Source: Balanoglossus misakiensis
Taxonomy: Eukaryota; Animalia; Hemichordata
Reading direction: 5' to 3'
Assembly: GCA_040954595.2 (NCBI GenBank)
Contig: CM082576.2
Location: 10,109,129-10,173,128, forward strand
DNA length: 64,000 bases
Below the pieces are notes generated by a model. It was not told where the DNA came from. It searched no databases and was given only the letters and a program-made list of their open reading frames with translations. Positions 51,905 through 64,000 of the stretch are shown in pieces. Position 1 is the first letter of the stretch; each line of letters opens with the position of its first letter. A program made the position numbers and the translations under genes.

Positions 51905-52690
51905 TTATGCTCTGGAGAAGACGCGTGTTGTGGTGACGCCGCCAACGGTCATAGTGCAGACCAACTTTCCATCGGCGACTTCGTAGCTGGAAGTGGGCTC
52001 CTTGGGATAGTCGGCACCGGGCTTCACCACCAACTTGCTTCCTTCCATGCTGGCCACGCCCTTCTTGGTCTGTCCGGTGACTGAGTTGACCAGGTCGAAA
52101 ACTGGGCCAACCTACATGAAAGAAAAGATAGAGTGTATGAGATCATTTCAAGGGAGAGGTACAGAAAATCTTGCGGTTTGTTCAAAACTTATTCACAAAT
52201 ATTTTTTTACATTTCTACATTTTAGAACTAAATCGCAAACACGTGAGGTTTGCGTAGAATGATCAGTATGCGGCAAGGAATATCTCGAAAATCAGATTTT
52301 TCCATAAACTGTGATAAACATACAAGCTCCGGTCTGCCATGGAATCAAAGTGAACATTAATACCAGATATTGCAATACGATTTTTAAAATATGACTGCTA
52401 GACAAAACCAAACTTTGCGTCCTATATGATGTCGATGGAAGGTTCTAACGATATGAAAGTCGTGAACGTGGTTGAAACGGAGATCTTACCGGAACTCTCT
52501 GCTCCATGGTCTTCTCGGGTCCGGAAATCTTGAAGTTGAAGGCATCTCCATCTTTTGAGATGTCGACGGTGGCCTGGCCCTCGGCCGCCAGGAGCTTGGC
52601 CTTGGCGGGTGCTGGCACATCCATGGCATCGAGGAAAGCTGCCCAGTTGTCACTGTTGGCCAGTTTCCATGATCCTGCGAGGTTTGCCAT
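51905..52690 (-). CDS. Intracellular lipid-binding protein (FABP family), 135 aa, two exons
   Basis: Exon 52690-52490 MANLAGSWKLANSDNWAAFLDAMDVP..(GxW motif) plus exon 52111-51905 VGPVFDLVNSVTGQTKKGVASMEGSKLVV..EVADGKLVCTMTVGGVTTTRVFSRA*; TATA-like TTTAAATA at ~52800-52793. Confidence 0.9.
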
Positions 52691-53507
52691 GACGAAGAGT
52701 TGGAGTTTGTGGTGTTCTGGAAGAACTTGGAGAAGGAGATCTCGAGTTGCTGAGTGCAGAGTGGAAGTGATGAACAAGGGGAATATCGTCTGTATTTAAA
52801 GTTTTTTGGCCGATGGAGTGCTCCATTTTGGAACAGGGGCGGTCGGGGCAAATGTGCAAAAGTCCAATCCTGCGGCGGGATGTTCCATCATAGAATAGGG
52901 GTGACGGTAATTTATTTGCACAATCATCTCTTCGTATATGTATTTCAAAATGCGAATAGAAACCGTGTACGAGGTAAACCCGCCTCGCTAAGTACCAGAA
53001 TTTTATCAAAAACTTAAGATTCTTTCTTTTGTCTTACTAAACTTTAAACAATTTTACTTTTGTATCGGCAGCTCCCAAAAATGGGTCTTTACCCCTTTCT
53101 GCCTGGAACTGTTAACAGATTTAAGATGCCTCGATTTCTTGTCCCGATAAGCCCGCCTTATTGACAAGGGAAGCAGAAGTCCAATAAAGTCATATTGACA
53201 CGTGTTTGGCAGAGGCATGCCCGACAATCGCCTCCGTCGCGAACAACCCACTTCGCAAACACTGCGATGTGGGGGAAGCTGGCTATATACTCTAAAACAA
53301 ATTCGTTGTAGTTATGTAAGACATGCAATCGAAATAATGAAAATATTTGCAAATTGACACATGTTTGCAGGGGACCGTTAAGACCTGCCCATCCATAAAA
53401 TAAATTAACTTTTACGTTCTTGCGATTATCGCCAGCCTCAAACGAGTCTGCTTTCAAGCCAAAGTACTAAACATTATCAACCTATCGTGTTTTCTCAAAA
53501 TGGGTTA

Positions 53508-53603
53508 TTTTATCGTGAACTTTGTGCGGACAGACAAAACTGTTTCTGTACAAGTTTTTATCGTGAACTTTGTGCGAACAGACAAAACTGTTTCTGTACA
53601 AGT
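53508..53603. repeat. 48-bp tandem duplication
   Basis: ttttatcgtgaactttgtgcgRacagacaaaactgtttctgtacaagt present twice back-to-back with one mismatch. Confidence 0.92.
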
Positions 53604-56600
53604 ATCTACGTCTGCGAATAGTAAGGTGAAGGATTTATGTTGAATTTTGTACTATTTTATCACAGAACACAAAAAATGCAATATCACAGAAAAGGGTAGA
53701 AAAAGAAACACAAGAAAACACATATCAAAGGGGCATGAGCTTATGATCAACGGCCATTTTGTAAATGTCAGCTTTTGTCTGTTTTTTTTCTGGTTTATTC
53801 GTACATTAAATTTATTCATACTCGAGTTGACGTTGAACTACGAATACCAAATGCGCGTTCTCGTTCCGTAAATGTTTTTTCTTCAGATACGATCACGTGT
53901 CAGGCGTAAAAACAGCACACCTATACTGCTTCCTAGTTAACCCAAACAATGTTCTATCCGTGCAGACAGCAGTGCAAAGAATTACTTGACGGGGCATCCT
54001 CTACCTGACTTGACTTTATGTCAGTAACTTCATGTTTGATGACATTTATAGATTACAAATCTGACATTTCGGACTGATTCCAACTACTTAGACGTGTGCG
54101 ACTAGTGAAAAATCTTCTTTCAGGAATACATTCTATGTGAAACTGTTATTCTTGTCCAGGAGAGACTTGGGTCTTGAACGACAGAAAAGGTGCAATAATT
54201 GCTTCATACTTGCCGCACACCAGACAGTTATCTGAGTTATGTGCAAATTTACCCTTTGTCTCTCAAACGACAGAAAGAGCGACACCGGTGTTCAGTGGAT
54301 GCCTGAGATTTGTGGATTCTTTCCGCTGAATACATCACATTCTGAAGTTGCTCATGTTTTGCATGTTTGCATTGATTCCAGCTCGTCATGTCAGACAGAA
54401 AGATGCACTATGACCCGGGCTATGACACTCAGTGACGTGTAAACTGTGTACACATCCACGTGTACACGAATATTCAAAGCCCTGGAATGATTTGATTGCT
54501 TGACCGGCACTTGTTGACAGCTGGCTCGCTCGGGAATTACAAAGTGTAGATTTAGTTGTCCCATTATCGGTTCATAAATGCAAGTGTTGATAGAGTCAGA
54601 ATACGATAAACTTGTAACACGTGGAGACATGCCATGTATTCGGCGTCAATACAAACACACAATATGATCGAGTCAAGCTGATTTTCGACGGAACTTTTCT
54701 CGGCATAATAAAACCGCTCACTAAAAATTCAACACGCTGACGATTTTCGTCTCGAGAAATTCAATGACTGCGATTGGAATGAACACCATGGTGTCCAATT
54801 GTCTCAGTCGCAAATTTGCGTGAACGATAGAAATTTCTCACTTCGAGAGACTACAGCAAGCCTTGTGCAGAATTTGTTAATTTGTTAGTCTGCGGTTTCA
54901 TATCGACAAACGAAGGACATGTACTTGTATAGGCTAGAATGATAAAATATGACGGTGTGATCTAATGCGTTATTCGTAACGTCGTGTACATTCAGCTATG
55001 ATGACCCTTCCCCTACAGTCTTTATTGTGGAACTGTTCAAGATCTATCATGAAAATATCATCAACCAACTACTAAACTGAATCCTCCGGTACTGATTTGT
55101 GTTCATAGTTGTTAGACTTCAAAAGACACGATTTGGATAAAAATCGACACCTGGACACCGTGACCTTTCATACCAAGACATAACTATACGGCTGATACGT
55201 GCAAGGGTGTTAGAAATGGCGAGTGCCAATTGAAAGTTGCTTGGATGATTCCATCAAAACTACACGCGTCGCGTGTTTGAGTATCAAGTCACAGCTGCAT
55301 ATAAGATAACCAGGCTAATGCCTATTTATATATATATATTTATTCGAGTAACACACCACTCTGGAAGTCCTGGTGTACTCTGCGCCTTCTTAGATTTTAC
55401 CTAGCCAATTTACCAGGCCGAATATTTTTACATCTACGCATGTGCATTCATCATCTCCTTTGGATGGCTTGTGTTTTCTCTTGGTCGACATATTTATGAC
55501 AAAACACATATTTGGAGAGCATCGACGATCTCCGCGTGCCCTAAAACGAACGCATAATAAACGAGCCTGTGGCAAATATGTGTTCAGTCGTAAACATATC
55601 ATTTCTGATCGTAAGAAAAGAAAACAAAGTTCAAAGGGAGATAATGTCTCTGTCTCTGCCCACCCCACCCCATCTCAGCTGGAAGGGGGGGGGGGGGACA
55701 TAGAAGAATCTTACACGGTAGATAAAAAGCAGATTCTGCTGAAAAATAGAAATAATTCAAATGTTCGCTAGACAAATTGTAACTTTTTATGGACCTTCGA
55801 TCGCATCACATACATCTAGGTTCTCTAACATTGGGTTACACTGCGGGAATTGTATAACTTAAAAAGAGGAAACAAATGCATGGCCTGAAAAAAACTAGTT
55901 TTCATGTAAACTTTTCACCATCACTAAAAAGAAACTAGTTATCACAGTTCACATAGGTCCACTCAGAGTTGTTGAACCAATGTTCACGCTTTCTATACTA
56001 TCGCCACAGCATCGTCATCGAAAGATTCCACGCCGTGTTCGCGTATCCAATGATATCGTGTGTTGACATCTCGCATGGTCCTTTTATTGGTGTAGTACAT
56101 GTATTAGTCTCAACACAGTCCCTGTAATAGAGGGACTGTGGTCTCAAGAATTTGGTGATTGACCGAGTGCTTAGAACCATATTGTCGGAGTAAACGGGAG
56201 TCCTCCGATGGTAATATGGTGGGTTTTTTTTTATCGTACCAGGGCCTGAGTTTTGTCAAGGACACCGGTCAAGAATCCCGTCGCGTTCCAGGTGGAAACT
56301 GGGTGAGGGGTCGACGCCAATGCACCGCGTGTAAATGAAAAGTTACGTAATTATTTATTCAACAGGTGGTTCCCTATAACCGCTGATCTGCACACATGCC
56401 TACGCCCTCCTGCGTCCACATGAAAAGAGAGGGCTTGTGGTGAAAGTGTGGCGAATATGTTTAACAGTCACGGCGCAGAGACAACTGTAGGAATAACGAC
56501 AAATAAACGAAAGTTCAAATATTTTACACAAAGGACTAGACTGTACAGAATGGCACCCGGTATGCTGGTTGCAGTAAATAAACCGGTGTCGAGTCGACGA

Positions 56601-56799
56601 CTATATCACGTACCACCAGTCGTCGAATACGAAACTGGCAGATTGGACTTACATTGGGAACGTAACTATTTTGCCACATCGTGCATAATATTGCATTGAT
56701 CATGCCCCCAACACTACCACAATTATCCGTTCCTCTAAATGTAAATGATTAGAGTGGAGAGATGAAGAAGTCTTTCAATCTCCCTCCCGTTGTTCAAGT

Positions 56800-59098
56800 T
56801 TAGAAATGTGTCGTATACACGGTGGACGGCGTCGCTGTGTAGGGCGGCGGAGGAGTGTCGTATCCAGACGGCGGTGAATAAGGTGGAGGTTCCATCATGA
56901 TTGGGTAATCCGTCGCAGGAGGCGCTATACCCTGCGCATGGATATTGTAACTTATCGACGATATATTTGCATTTATTCCCGACATCTGTGGGGCTACGCG
57001 CCTGCGGTTGGCTGAAAAAAAAGAAGAATTTTCAATGTAAATAAATGAGAATGTTATGTATGCGCCATCACACGATTGAGTCGTTCAGTCTCAGTCAAAA
57101 CAGCCATTGCACAAGGATGTCATGCACAACAGATCATAATTCTACTTTACCTGAAGGTGGTCCGTTTCCATGGCTACCACTCTTTGCATAGTGAATGATC
57201 ACTGCGATCAGCGTTGCTAGTATGATAACAGAAAAAAGAGCTCCTAGTATGCCGACTACAATTTGCCATCTGTCAGAAATATAAAAAAACTAGTTTACTT
57301 ATATGGACTGTTCACAACCCATCACAAAGTTAAAGGGTTTATGACATGCTTTGAAAAGTTTTCATTTTTCATGTCTAAGTGCATGTCTACATATACAGAG
57401 CGACCAAAGCTTTTCGACTCAGATTTGTTATAAGACAATGCAAACTTGTGATGAGTAAGCTTTAAATTCTCCAAGGTCATGTTATGGAGGCCACCATCTC
57501 TCTCTCTCTCACTTTTTTAAACAATCAATGGACTAAACGTAAAACAGAAACACCAACTGTGATTTACCCAACAGAATTTGATATTCGAAAACGAGCGAAA
57601 ACTTGGTGTTTGAATAAGATTTTCACAAATAGAGTTTGTCGCCAATTTCAAATTATGACCCAGTCCAACGCTTACCCCGATGCGCCGGAATCGGGTGCCT
57701 GGCCGGTTTGGTCCGCGGTGCTGTCGACGTATTGGTCATAGTCGATGGACGAGTCCTGGTGTCCGCTCACCAACCAGGTGGAATAAGTGCAGCAGTATTT
57801 GGAAGAGGAGGATCCGCAGCAATGGGTCTCGTTCCACCAATCAAACCATCGCGGACAGGAAAACCTGGCCACCCAGTCACCCCACAGGTTGTAATATCCA
57901 CTGCAGTAGTCACAGTTACCTTGGGTTGGATGGGTGAGGGGTGACGGTTGGAGGGGGAGAGTACAACATTAACGAATATACAGACACACTCTTCTCAGAA
58001 ATAGTGTACATGCCATATTTTAGCCTCAGCCCTTTGCTTGTCACAGAGTGTTTACACTGCATTCAAATAAATTCCAGCTAAGGTCTTTACTGTGTTTTAC
58101 GCAATGCCGTAAGCTTAAGGACTAACACTTCTATTCAAGGGCTAGGGGTACGCATAACAGTTTTACTTTACCAAAAGCGTAACGGAAGTGTTCTATCGGT
58201 TATACACTGATCACGCATTTCACTAAAACGTGTCTAGAACCCCAGGCACTGCACCACTCTTAAATTGTGCGTTCTGCTAATAGTTCGTAACATGATTGTG
58301 GAATACGCCCAAAGCGGTGTTTTTCTTAACACTATCATGAATGCACAGTGGATGAATGGTTATGTAAAAGTTACGTGTTGTCTGTGGCGGCTTTGAGACA
58401 GCCATAGTTACTGTCACTGGAATCAAAACAAACCAATTTAGTTTTAATTTGAGGTACGGAAAATTGTATTCAAAGACTCAGATTCGATCGATAGGTTACG
58501 TCGCTTCCCATTATACCTTGTGGTATGACGTAGAACCCGAAATGCTGAGCATAATTAGTATTCGAACAATTATTTTATCAGTCTGTGGTAGGGTTACCAA
58601 ATTGAAAGTAATTTTCTGCAATTTGTACAGTCATGTTTTGGAGTCTAGAACTTGCGTTTTTCGTTGTTGACATAATGACCGACATGGCCACAAAATGGCC
58701 GAACACTTTATTGATTTTACTCGATTATTAACAAGTGACGTCTGCGTGGGGAGTTCCGTGTCTAATTATCAACCTCAAAGATATTCTAATATTTCACGAC
58801 GAAGCTTCATTATCTGTAGTGGAGACGTGTTCCCCGCACCGAAAACAATATATGTTCCTCTAAAGGTCTGTCACAATGTGTTAGTTACAAGGCAAACTGT
58901 GAGCATTCATTATAGCCATTCTGATCATAATGGCCTCCAAAGTAAGCATGATTTCGGGCATTATAAGCTGACGGGAATGAAGGGACCTCAGGCAAAAAAA
59001 GTGACAATAAGAAGGCTAATCTAAAGTATGTCCTTGTACCCACCTGGCTTTAACAGAAGTGCGAACGTCAAAACATGGATGATTTCACCATTCGCCAT
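56800..59098 (-). CDS. Shisa-like type I membrane protein (Cys-rich ectodomain, TM, PPxY tail)
   Basis: Exons 59098-59044 (signal-like MANGEIIHVLTFALLLKP, tentative), 57919-57676 (NCDYCSGYYNLWGDWVARFSCPRWFDWWNETHCCGSSSSKYCC), 57269-57151 (TM WQIVVGILGALFSVIILATLIAVII), ~57011-56800 (RRVAP..EPPPYSPP..PPPPYTA..TTHF*). Confidence 0.82.
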
Positions 59099-59456
59099 GA
59101 CAAATCACTTTCTGTATAGACGTGCGTTGTGTGCATAGTTCTGAAGTCATAATGGTAATCGATATCCGGCCTTCTTCCGTCGACGTCGCTGTTACTTTAT
59201 TGACTCTTCGGAGAGCAATATCGATTATGGATTAGACTTCCACGGACAAACAGCAAAGAGATTTATGCTCTTCCGGTAAACCATGCTAATTGGCCGTGGA
59301 CGGATTGAGAGAGAGTCTGCGCTGACAACAGTTATAGGACCTGGACAGAATTAGCAGGGGGAAGGGCATGGTGGTAAGATAGTGATCCTCCCCAAACTCC
59401 GCGCATGAAATATTTTGACCCTCCGCGGCGATATCGGTGTGATGTCTCCATCCCCT

Positions 59457-59505
59457 ATCCTCCTCCTCCTCCTCCTCCTCCTCCTCCTCCTCCTCCTCCT
59501 CCTCC

Positions 59506-59583
<78 letters not shown>

Positions 59584-59651
59584 CCACCATCACCACCGCC
59601 ACCACCATCACCATCATCATCGACATCGACATCATCATCGTCGTCGTCGTT
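59457..59651. repeat. Compound trinucleotide microsatellite (TCC)n(TCA)n(CCA/TCG)n
   Basis: Directly visible; intergenic between two membrane-protein genes. Confidence 0.97.
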
Positions 59652-60142
59652 GAATTATTTTCAACAAAGCATACTTTCATTATAGAAAGTCACACTTTGT
59701 TTACAAAATGAAAATCATTATACATTGCATGTATTTATGCGGATAAAAACATATATTTACAAGGTTTTCCGGGCTTACTGTTAGGACTATTTATTGATAC
59801 AAAATTATAAGTTTTTCATAATGTAATATGTAAATTACATTTGTATTACGATGGATGTGACGTCGCCGGTTGGACTACACCATCGTAAGCTTTAGTATTA
59901 TGGTGGCACTTTATGAAATCCTTCGCCGTTTACCAGTGAGCATATTTCAAATTACCGCTCATATTTTTTGCCTTTAAATTAACACAAAGGACCGGATGTT
60001 GTTTTTCCGGTGTTACGTCATATGTTGAACGATTACCCTCCCGTATAAACTCCAAACCCCGCGAGAATTCACAGAGTCTCGTGGAGTTCGGAAAATGGTC
60101 TATACTGGTTATCTGTTGTACCCAATAATTCATCAGCTAATA

Positions 60143-61988
60143 TTACGGGTAATGGCCGTATGGCGAGACATCTTCAACGACGCCCGGTAAAGTCGACGCT
60201 GCTGCCGTGCCTGCACTGTGCCCTTGCGCATGCCCGGTCGTGGTGATGGGTTGGTGGTGATGTGGGGTCATTACCGACTCAACTTGCCCGACGGAGACTG
60301 CGGGTTAAGAACACAACATCGTTTACAATGTAAAAGTTTGACGAGAAGTTAAAATGGAATGAGAGAATGCATACAATGCATACAAGACACGCTACATGCA
60401 AATGACGTCATCGAAACTTGTGTACACTGTGCATCACTTGTGCTCGTCCGTCATACAACTTTCGTGTAAGTTCCACTACTATGGCACGAACGGACTATTT
60501 TGAGCGCGTATGTTTCTGTAATAGGGTCGGTGCATTTCCAAGGTGTCAAAGCAATAGCCTGGATGTATTTCACTTACCGACAACTTCCGCGGAAGACTTT
60601 TTCACGAGCCAGAAACAAAGCACTCCGAAGGCGATGCCAATGAAGACGAGGGAGCCGACGACAGCAGATACAATGACAGTCAACGTCACTAAGTTAAAGC
60701 TACGGAGTGATAAACCAAATAATAAGAACTTTGTAAGTTTTCATATTTACATGTACGTGCATCATAATAACAAAGAAATCGTTCTCATATTTCACCATGT
60801 CCATCAAGACAGCTATACCTCAAAATACATGCATCAACTTGGCAACGTGTAAATTTCATGAAAGTGATCTCAATGTTGTTTTCACAAATTGTACATAGTA
60901 TAAATGTGTAAATCATATGATGCCACTGATAAAACTACAAATTTGCATATTTGAAGTAGATACCACCTGTTGATTATATATGTATTTGCATGAAATGTCA
61001 CCTATTGGACAGAGGCGGTTGCTATGACTCTATTTATAAGGACACGAATGCGTCGCATTGAAACATCGATACGGACAATACTAGTAGCTCACGCGTGTGA
61101 ACACGTGAACTAAAGAGGGATTGTTCTAAGTACGGCCTGAGGGGAAAATTCTTCTAACCCCCCCCCCCCCCCGGTCAATCATATAAAATTGTATGAACGC
61201 ATTTTGAGTATGACAAACAGTTCCTAGATTTGCATCTACCGAGACTTGGACAAAATATGCAAGAAAGTAACACACACTCAATTTTATTCGGGGGTTTGCT
61301 CTTTCGAATGTTGCTATCTGCGGTTACCATAACATACAACGAAGCCACGGAAAGAATTTGAAAAAATCTTTTCCAGCAAGAAACTTTCAAAGGAAATAGA
61401 AAATAGAAACTTATAGATTTGTAAGCTCTTCTTTTGAGAAAGTTTCTGATTGAATTTTGCCGTTAAGAAACGGATCACTGCGAGTATAACACCAGAATCC
61501 GTACAACAACAAAAACCAGTGAGATGATTGACAAACTTAGATTCATCGCTGAAATATGCACTCACTGCAACGTACCTGTTGGTGTCGCCATCATTTTCCC
61601 AATCAGAACTCGGAGAACTGATCGATTCCGACTCTTCGGATATGTCCGACACGAACGACGACGGCGGCGGCGGGAACCAGGAACTTGCAGAGAATGACCA
61701 ACTGTAGCTACTGTAGTAGCTATAGCTGCTGTAACTAGGCATGGGCATAACGGCAAGTGTTTCTGCGAATGAAAATCTTATATTTGTGAAATTCGTTTGG
61801 CGTTAACGTCAACGTGGAGGTGGTTGCGTGGTCGTGAAGGTTAGAAACACTGGTTCTATTAAACTACACCATGAAGAAGGAACGGCTCAACGTAGCAAAA
61901 TTAATAACGTTTTCTTCATTTTCTTACCTCGCACAGACAAAGTGACTAACAGAATCAGTCGTAGCAGAAGCCTCTCTTTCCATTCCAT
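60143..61988 (-). CDS. Small uncharacterised type I membrane protein with Ser/Tyr-rich, Cys-free ectodomain
   Basis: Exons 61988-61928 (MEWKERLLLRLILLVTLSVR), 61762-61576 (ETLAVMPMPSYSSYSYYSSYSWSFSASSWFPPPPSS..), ~60699-60578 (TM LVTLTVIVSAVVGSLVFIGIAFGVLCFWL), ~60297-60143 (..EDVSPYGHYP*); GT/AG junctions and frame consistent. Confidence 0.72.
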
Positions 61989-62540
61989 GATTCAAGTCGA
62001 CGAAATGATGATCACGGGGGCGAGCAGTCCTATCGGCCAACCTTCTATGCAGCAATCGCAACTCTGTCGCGTTTGTCTACTATGTGCGGGGAAACTCCCA
62101 CCGGAGTCCAGTGATGGTAGTACATGTAACTTGTGTGCGAGTTGTCCATCCATCAATTATTGAAGCGCAGCAATCGATGGCCTAATCCCCCAACACCCAG
62201 TGCGTTGTAAAGCCGAAATTACGCGTGAAATTGAAAAGAAGCGAGATGATTGTTTGCTTTATTGATATGATATTGTCCGGGCTGAAGTGACAATGTCCTT
62301 GAGTATTGTCCGTAGCAAAGCATTGCTAATGAGGCGCTATTAACAAGCAGAAACTCGGCTAAATTCCGAAACCACATGCATGGCCACGTTAGACATTAGC
62401 TTTATGTCGGTTGACTTAAAATAATCTTTACGGCCCTGATGGCGTTCAAGGTGTTCGGTGAAAGGTTCCCAACCTTGGGACAGAAGAATAAGTAAAATCG
62501 GTTCGAGCAACTGTCTCGGAAATCTTATTCAGTTGCACTC

Positions 62541-62655
62541 GTGGACAGATGGATGGATGGATGGATGGATGGATGGATGGGTTGGTGGTTGGTTGGTTGG
62601 TTGATTGGTTGGTTGGTTGGGTGTGTGGACGGACGGTGGATGGATGGACGGATGA
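62541..62655. repeat. (GGAT)n/(GGTT)n compound microsatellite
   Basis: Directly visible tetranucleotide runs. Confidence 0.93.
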
Positions 62656-63188
62656 ATTTAATAATCAATAAATCGATCAATAATAAAAATAATCTTTATT
62701 TTAACTCTTTTCACAAGGGTCAAGTACGAATAAAACTAATTACAGTGTACATAGATGATATACAGCACATAAACGACGAAATCAAGTAACACTCTGATCA
62801 ACTAGTAACATTATCTGTAAAGCTTTGTAGATAAAAACTTTTTTATTTCGGTGGGCAACTTGTTGTACAGGCCAAGAGTAATCACTGTAGAAGACTTCTT
62901 AACAGTCGGTTCCATTTGTACATAAAAAGGGGGAAAGCTTTTAAAATTCTACGCATAATTAATGTCATCAACTTCACATTGAGTGAAGCATTTATTTACA
63001 AACGCCTTTCGCTGGATTCGCCGTCAGTCTGTCTTGGGGATTATACATGCACACTCAAACGTGACATGTTTTCCTTACAAAAGTCGATCGAAATGTCAAT
63101 AATGTTTGAAGTGCAACTTAATCTATGACTTGTAAAATTGGTATGTGAACTTTCTATGCAGGTTAAGAACTTCCGCAGAGCGCGCTCA

Positions 63189-63840
63189 TCACGGCGTGGT
63201 GTGATCAAAATAGTTCGGAGGAGAGTATTCTGGTGGTGGCGGCACTTCTTGGGAATACAGTGGTGGGTTAGCTGCCGGAGGATTGTGTGCATTGGAAAAC
63301 GTCGGTTGTCGGTGGTAATTCGCTGGTTGTCCATTAACAGGTGCCACTCGATCTGTGTCGAACAAAACAAAGAGAATGCATTGTGTGTCGATGGTTAACA
63401 TTTTAAACCCAAGGGCTCTTTTTAAGCACTTTTAATTCATAGGATATCGTTGAATCTCAAGTTACTCTCTCTGACGCTTAACTATAGGCCGTTATGTTAT
63501 GTTAACTTTGCTGAAATTAATTTGCTTTAATTTTCAACCGTGCACCCCTCAATAATGTGGTTGGTTTCGCCTCGCATACCTCTAAATGTTTCATTTCATC
63601 CATTGTGGGTCATTTATGTGTACATATCGTCAGTTTTAAGCAGTTTAGTTCTTTGAAAATGATTAAGAGTCTTTTCTCAAGGAAACCGATGACCCTGTTT
63701 ACTCACTGTTTGCAGCCATCTTCGGTGCTGAAGGGGTTTTGTAGGTTTGAGCTATCCAGAAACATAGGATGCCGCCCACGGCGACCGAAAGTAAAAGGAA
63801 TGCGGTCACTCCACTGACCACACAGGTAATGGTGAACAAT
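63189..63840 (-). CDS. Last two exons of a single-pass membrane protein with PPxY-rich tail; 5' part lies beyond the window
   Basis: Exon 63840-63707 (TM LFTITCVVSGVTAFLLLSVAVGGILCFWI) splices in phase 1 to 63352-63189 (RVAPVNG..NPPLYSQEVPPPPEYSPPNYFDHTTP*). Confidence 0.75.
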
Positions 63841-64000
63841 CTGGGGGGAAAAACAATAATCATCATGACCTGTTCAAAAACGTGTAATAATGTCACATGG
63901 CATGAAGGATAATACCGAGAGATGAAAGCGAGTTGAAGGGCCGTCGTCCCTCCACCCGGAGGAGCTGTCATTTTTTACCCCCCCCCCTCCCCCAACGTAT

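Noticed and set aside
53508-53603. Possible CRISPR-like repeat
   Set aside because: Two adjacent copies with no spacer in a eukaryotic locus; simple tandem duplication.
59351-59711. Poly-Pro/His, poly-Met/Arg and poly-Leu/Ile ORFs
   Set aside because: Translations of a trinucleotide microsatellite; no splice or gene context.

Overview
Intron-rich, AT-rich animal genomic DNA, probably an invertebrate deuterostome (inferred from gene structure and repeats, not proven). Hand-spliced gene content in order: 3' end of an uncharacterised helical/TPR-like gene (+), tRNA-Thr(CGT) (-), an SLC5 sodium:solute symporter (-), RTF1 (-) head-to-head with ZFYVE1/DFCP1 (+), an intronless RING/TRAF-zinc-finger E3 ligase with an unrecognised C-terminal domain (+), BRF1 (-) carrying BTBD3/6 (+) nested in intron 5, CMTR1 (+) head-to-head with BRF1 and containing a tandemly duplicated exon, a FABP-family gene (-), and a tandem array of three single-pass membrane genes with shared intron phases (one Shisa-like, two with PPxY tails). 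The strongest unexplained signal is a ~335-nt intergenic segment (29555-29890) that folds by eye into about a dozen nested helices. Their non-Watson-Crick pairs read as G.U only on the minus strand, and I cannot match it to a known ncRNA family. Exon boundaries were read manually from GT/AG sites and reading frame and may be off by a few bases. No database searches or folding programs were run.
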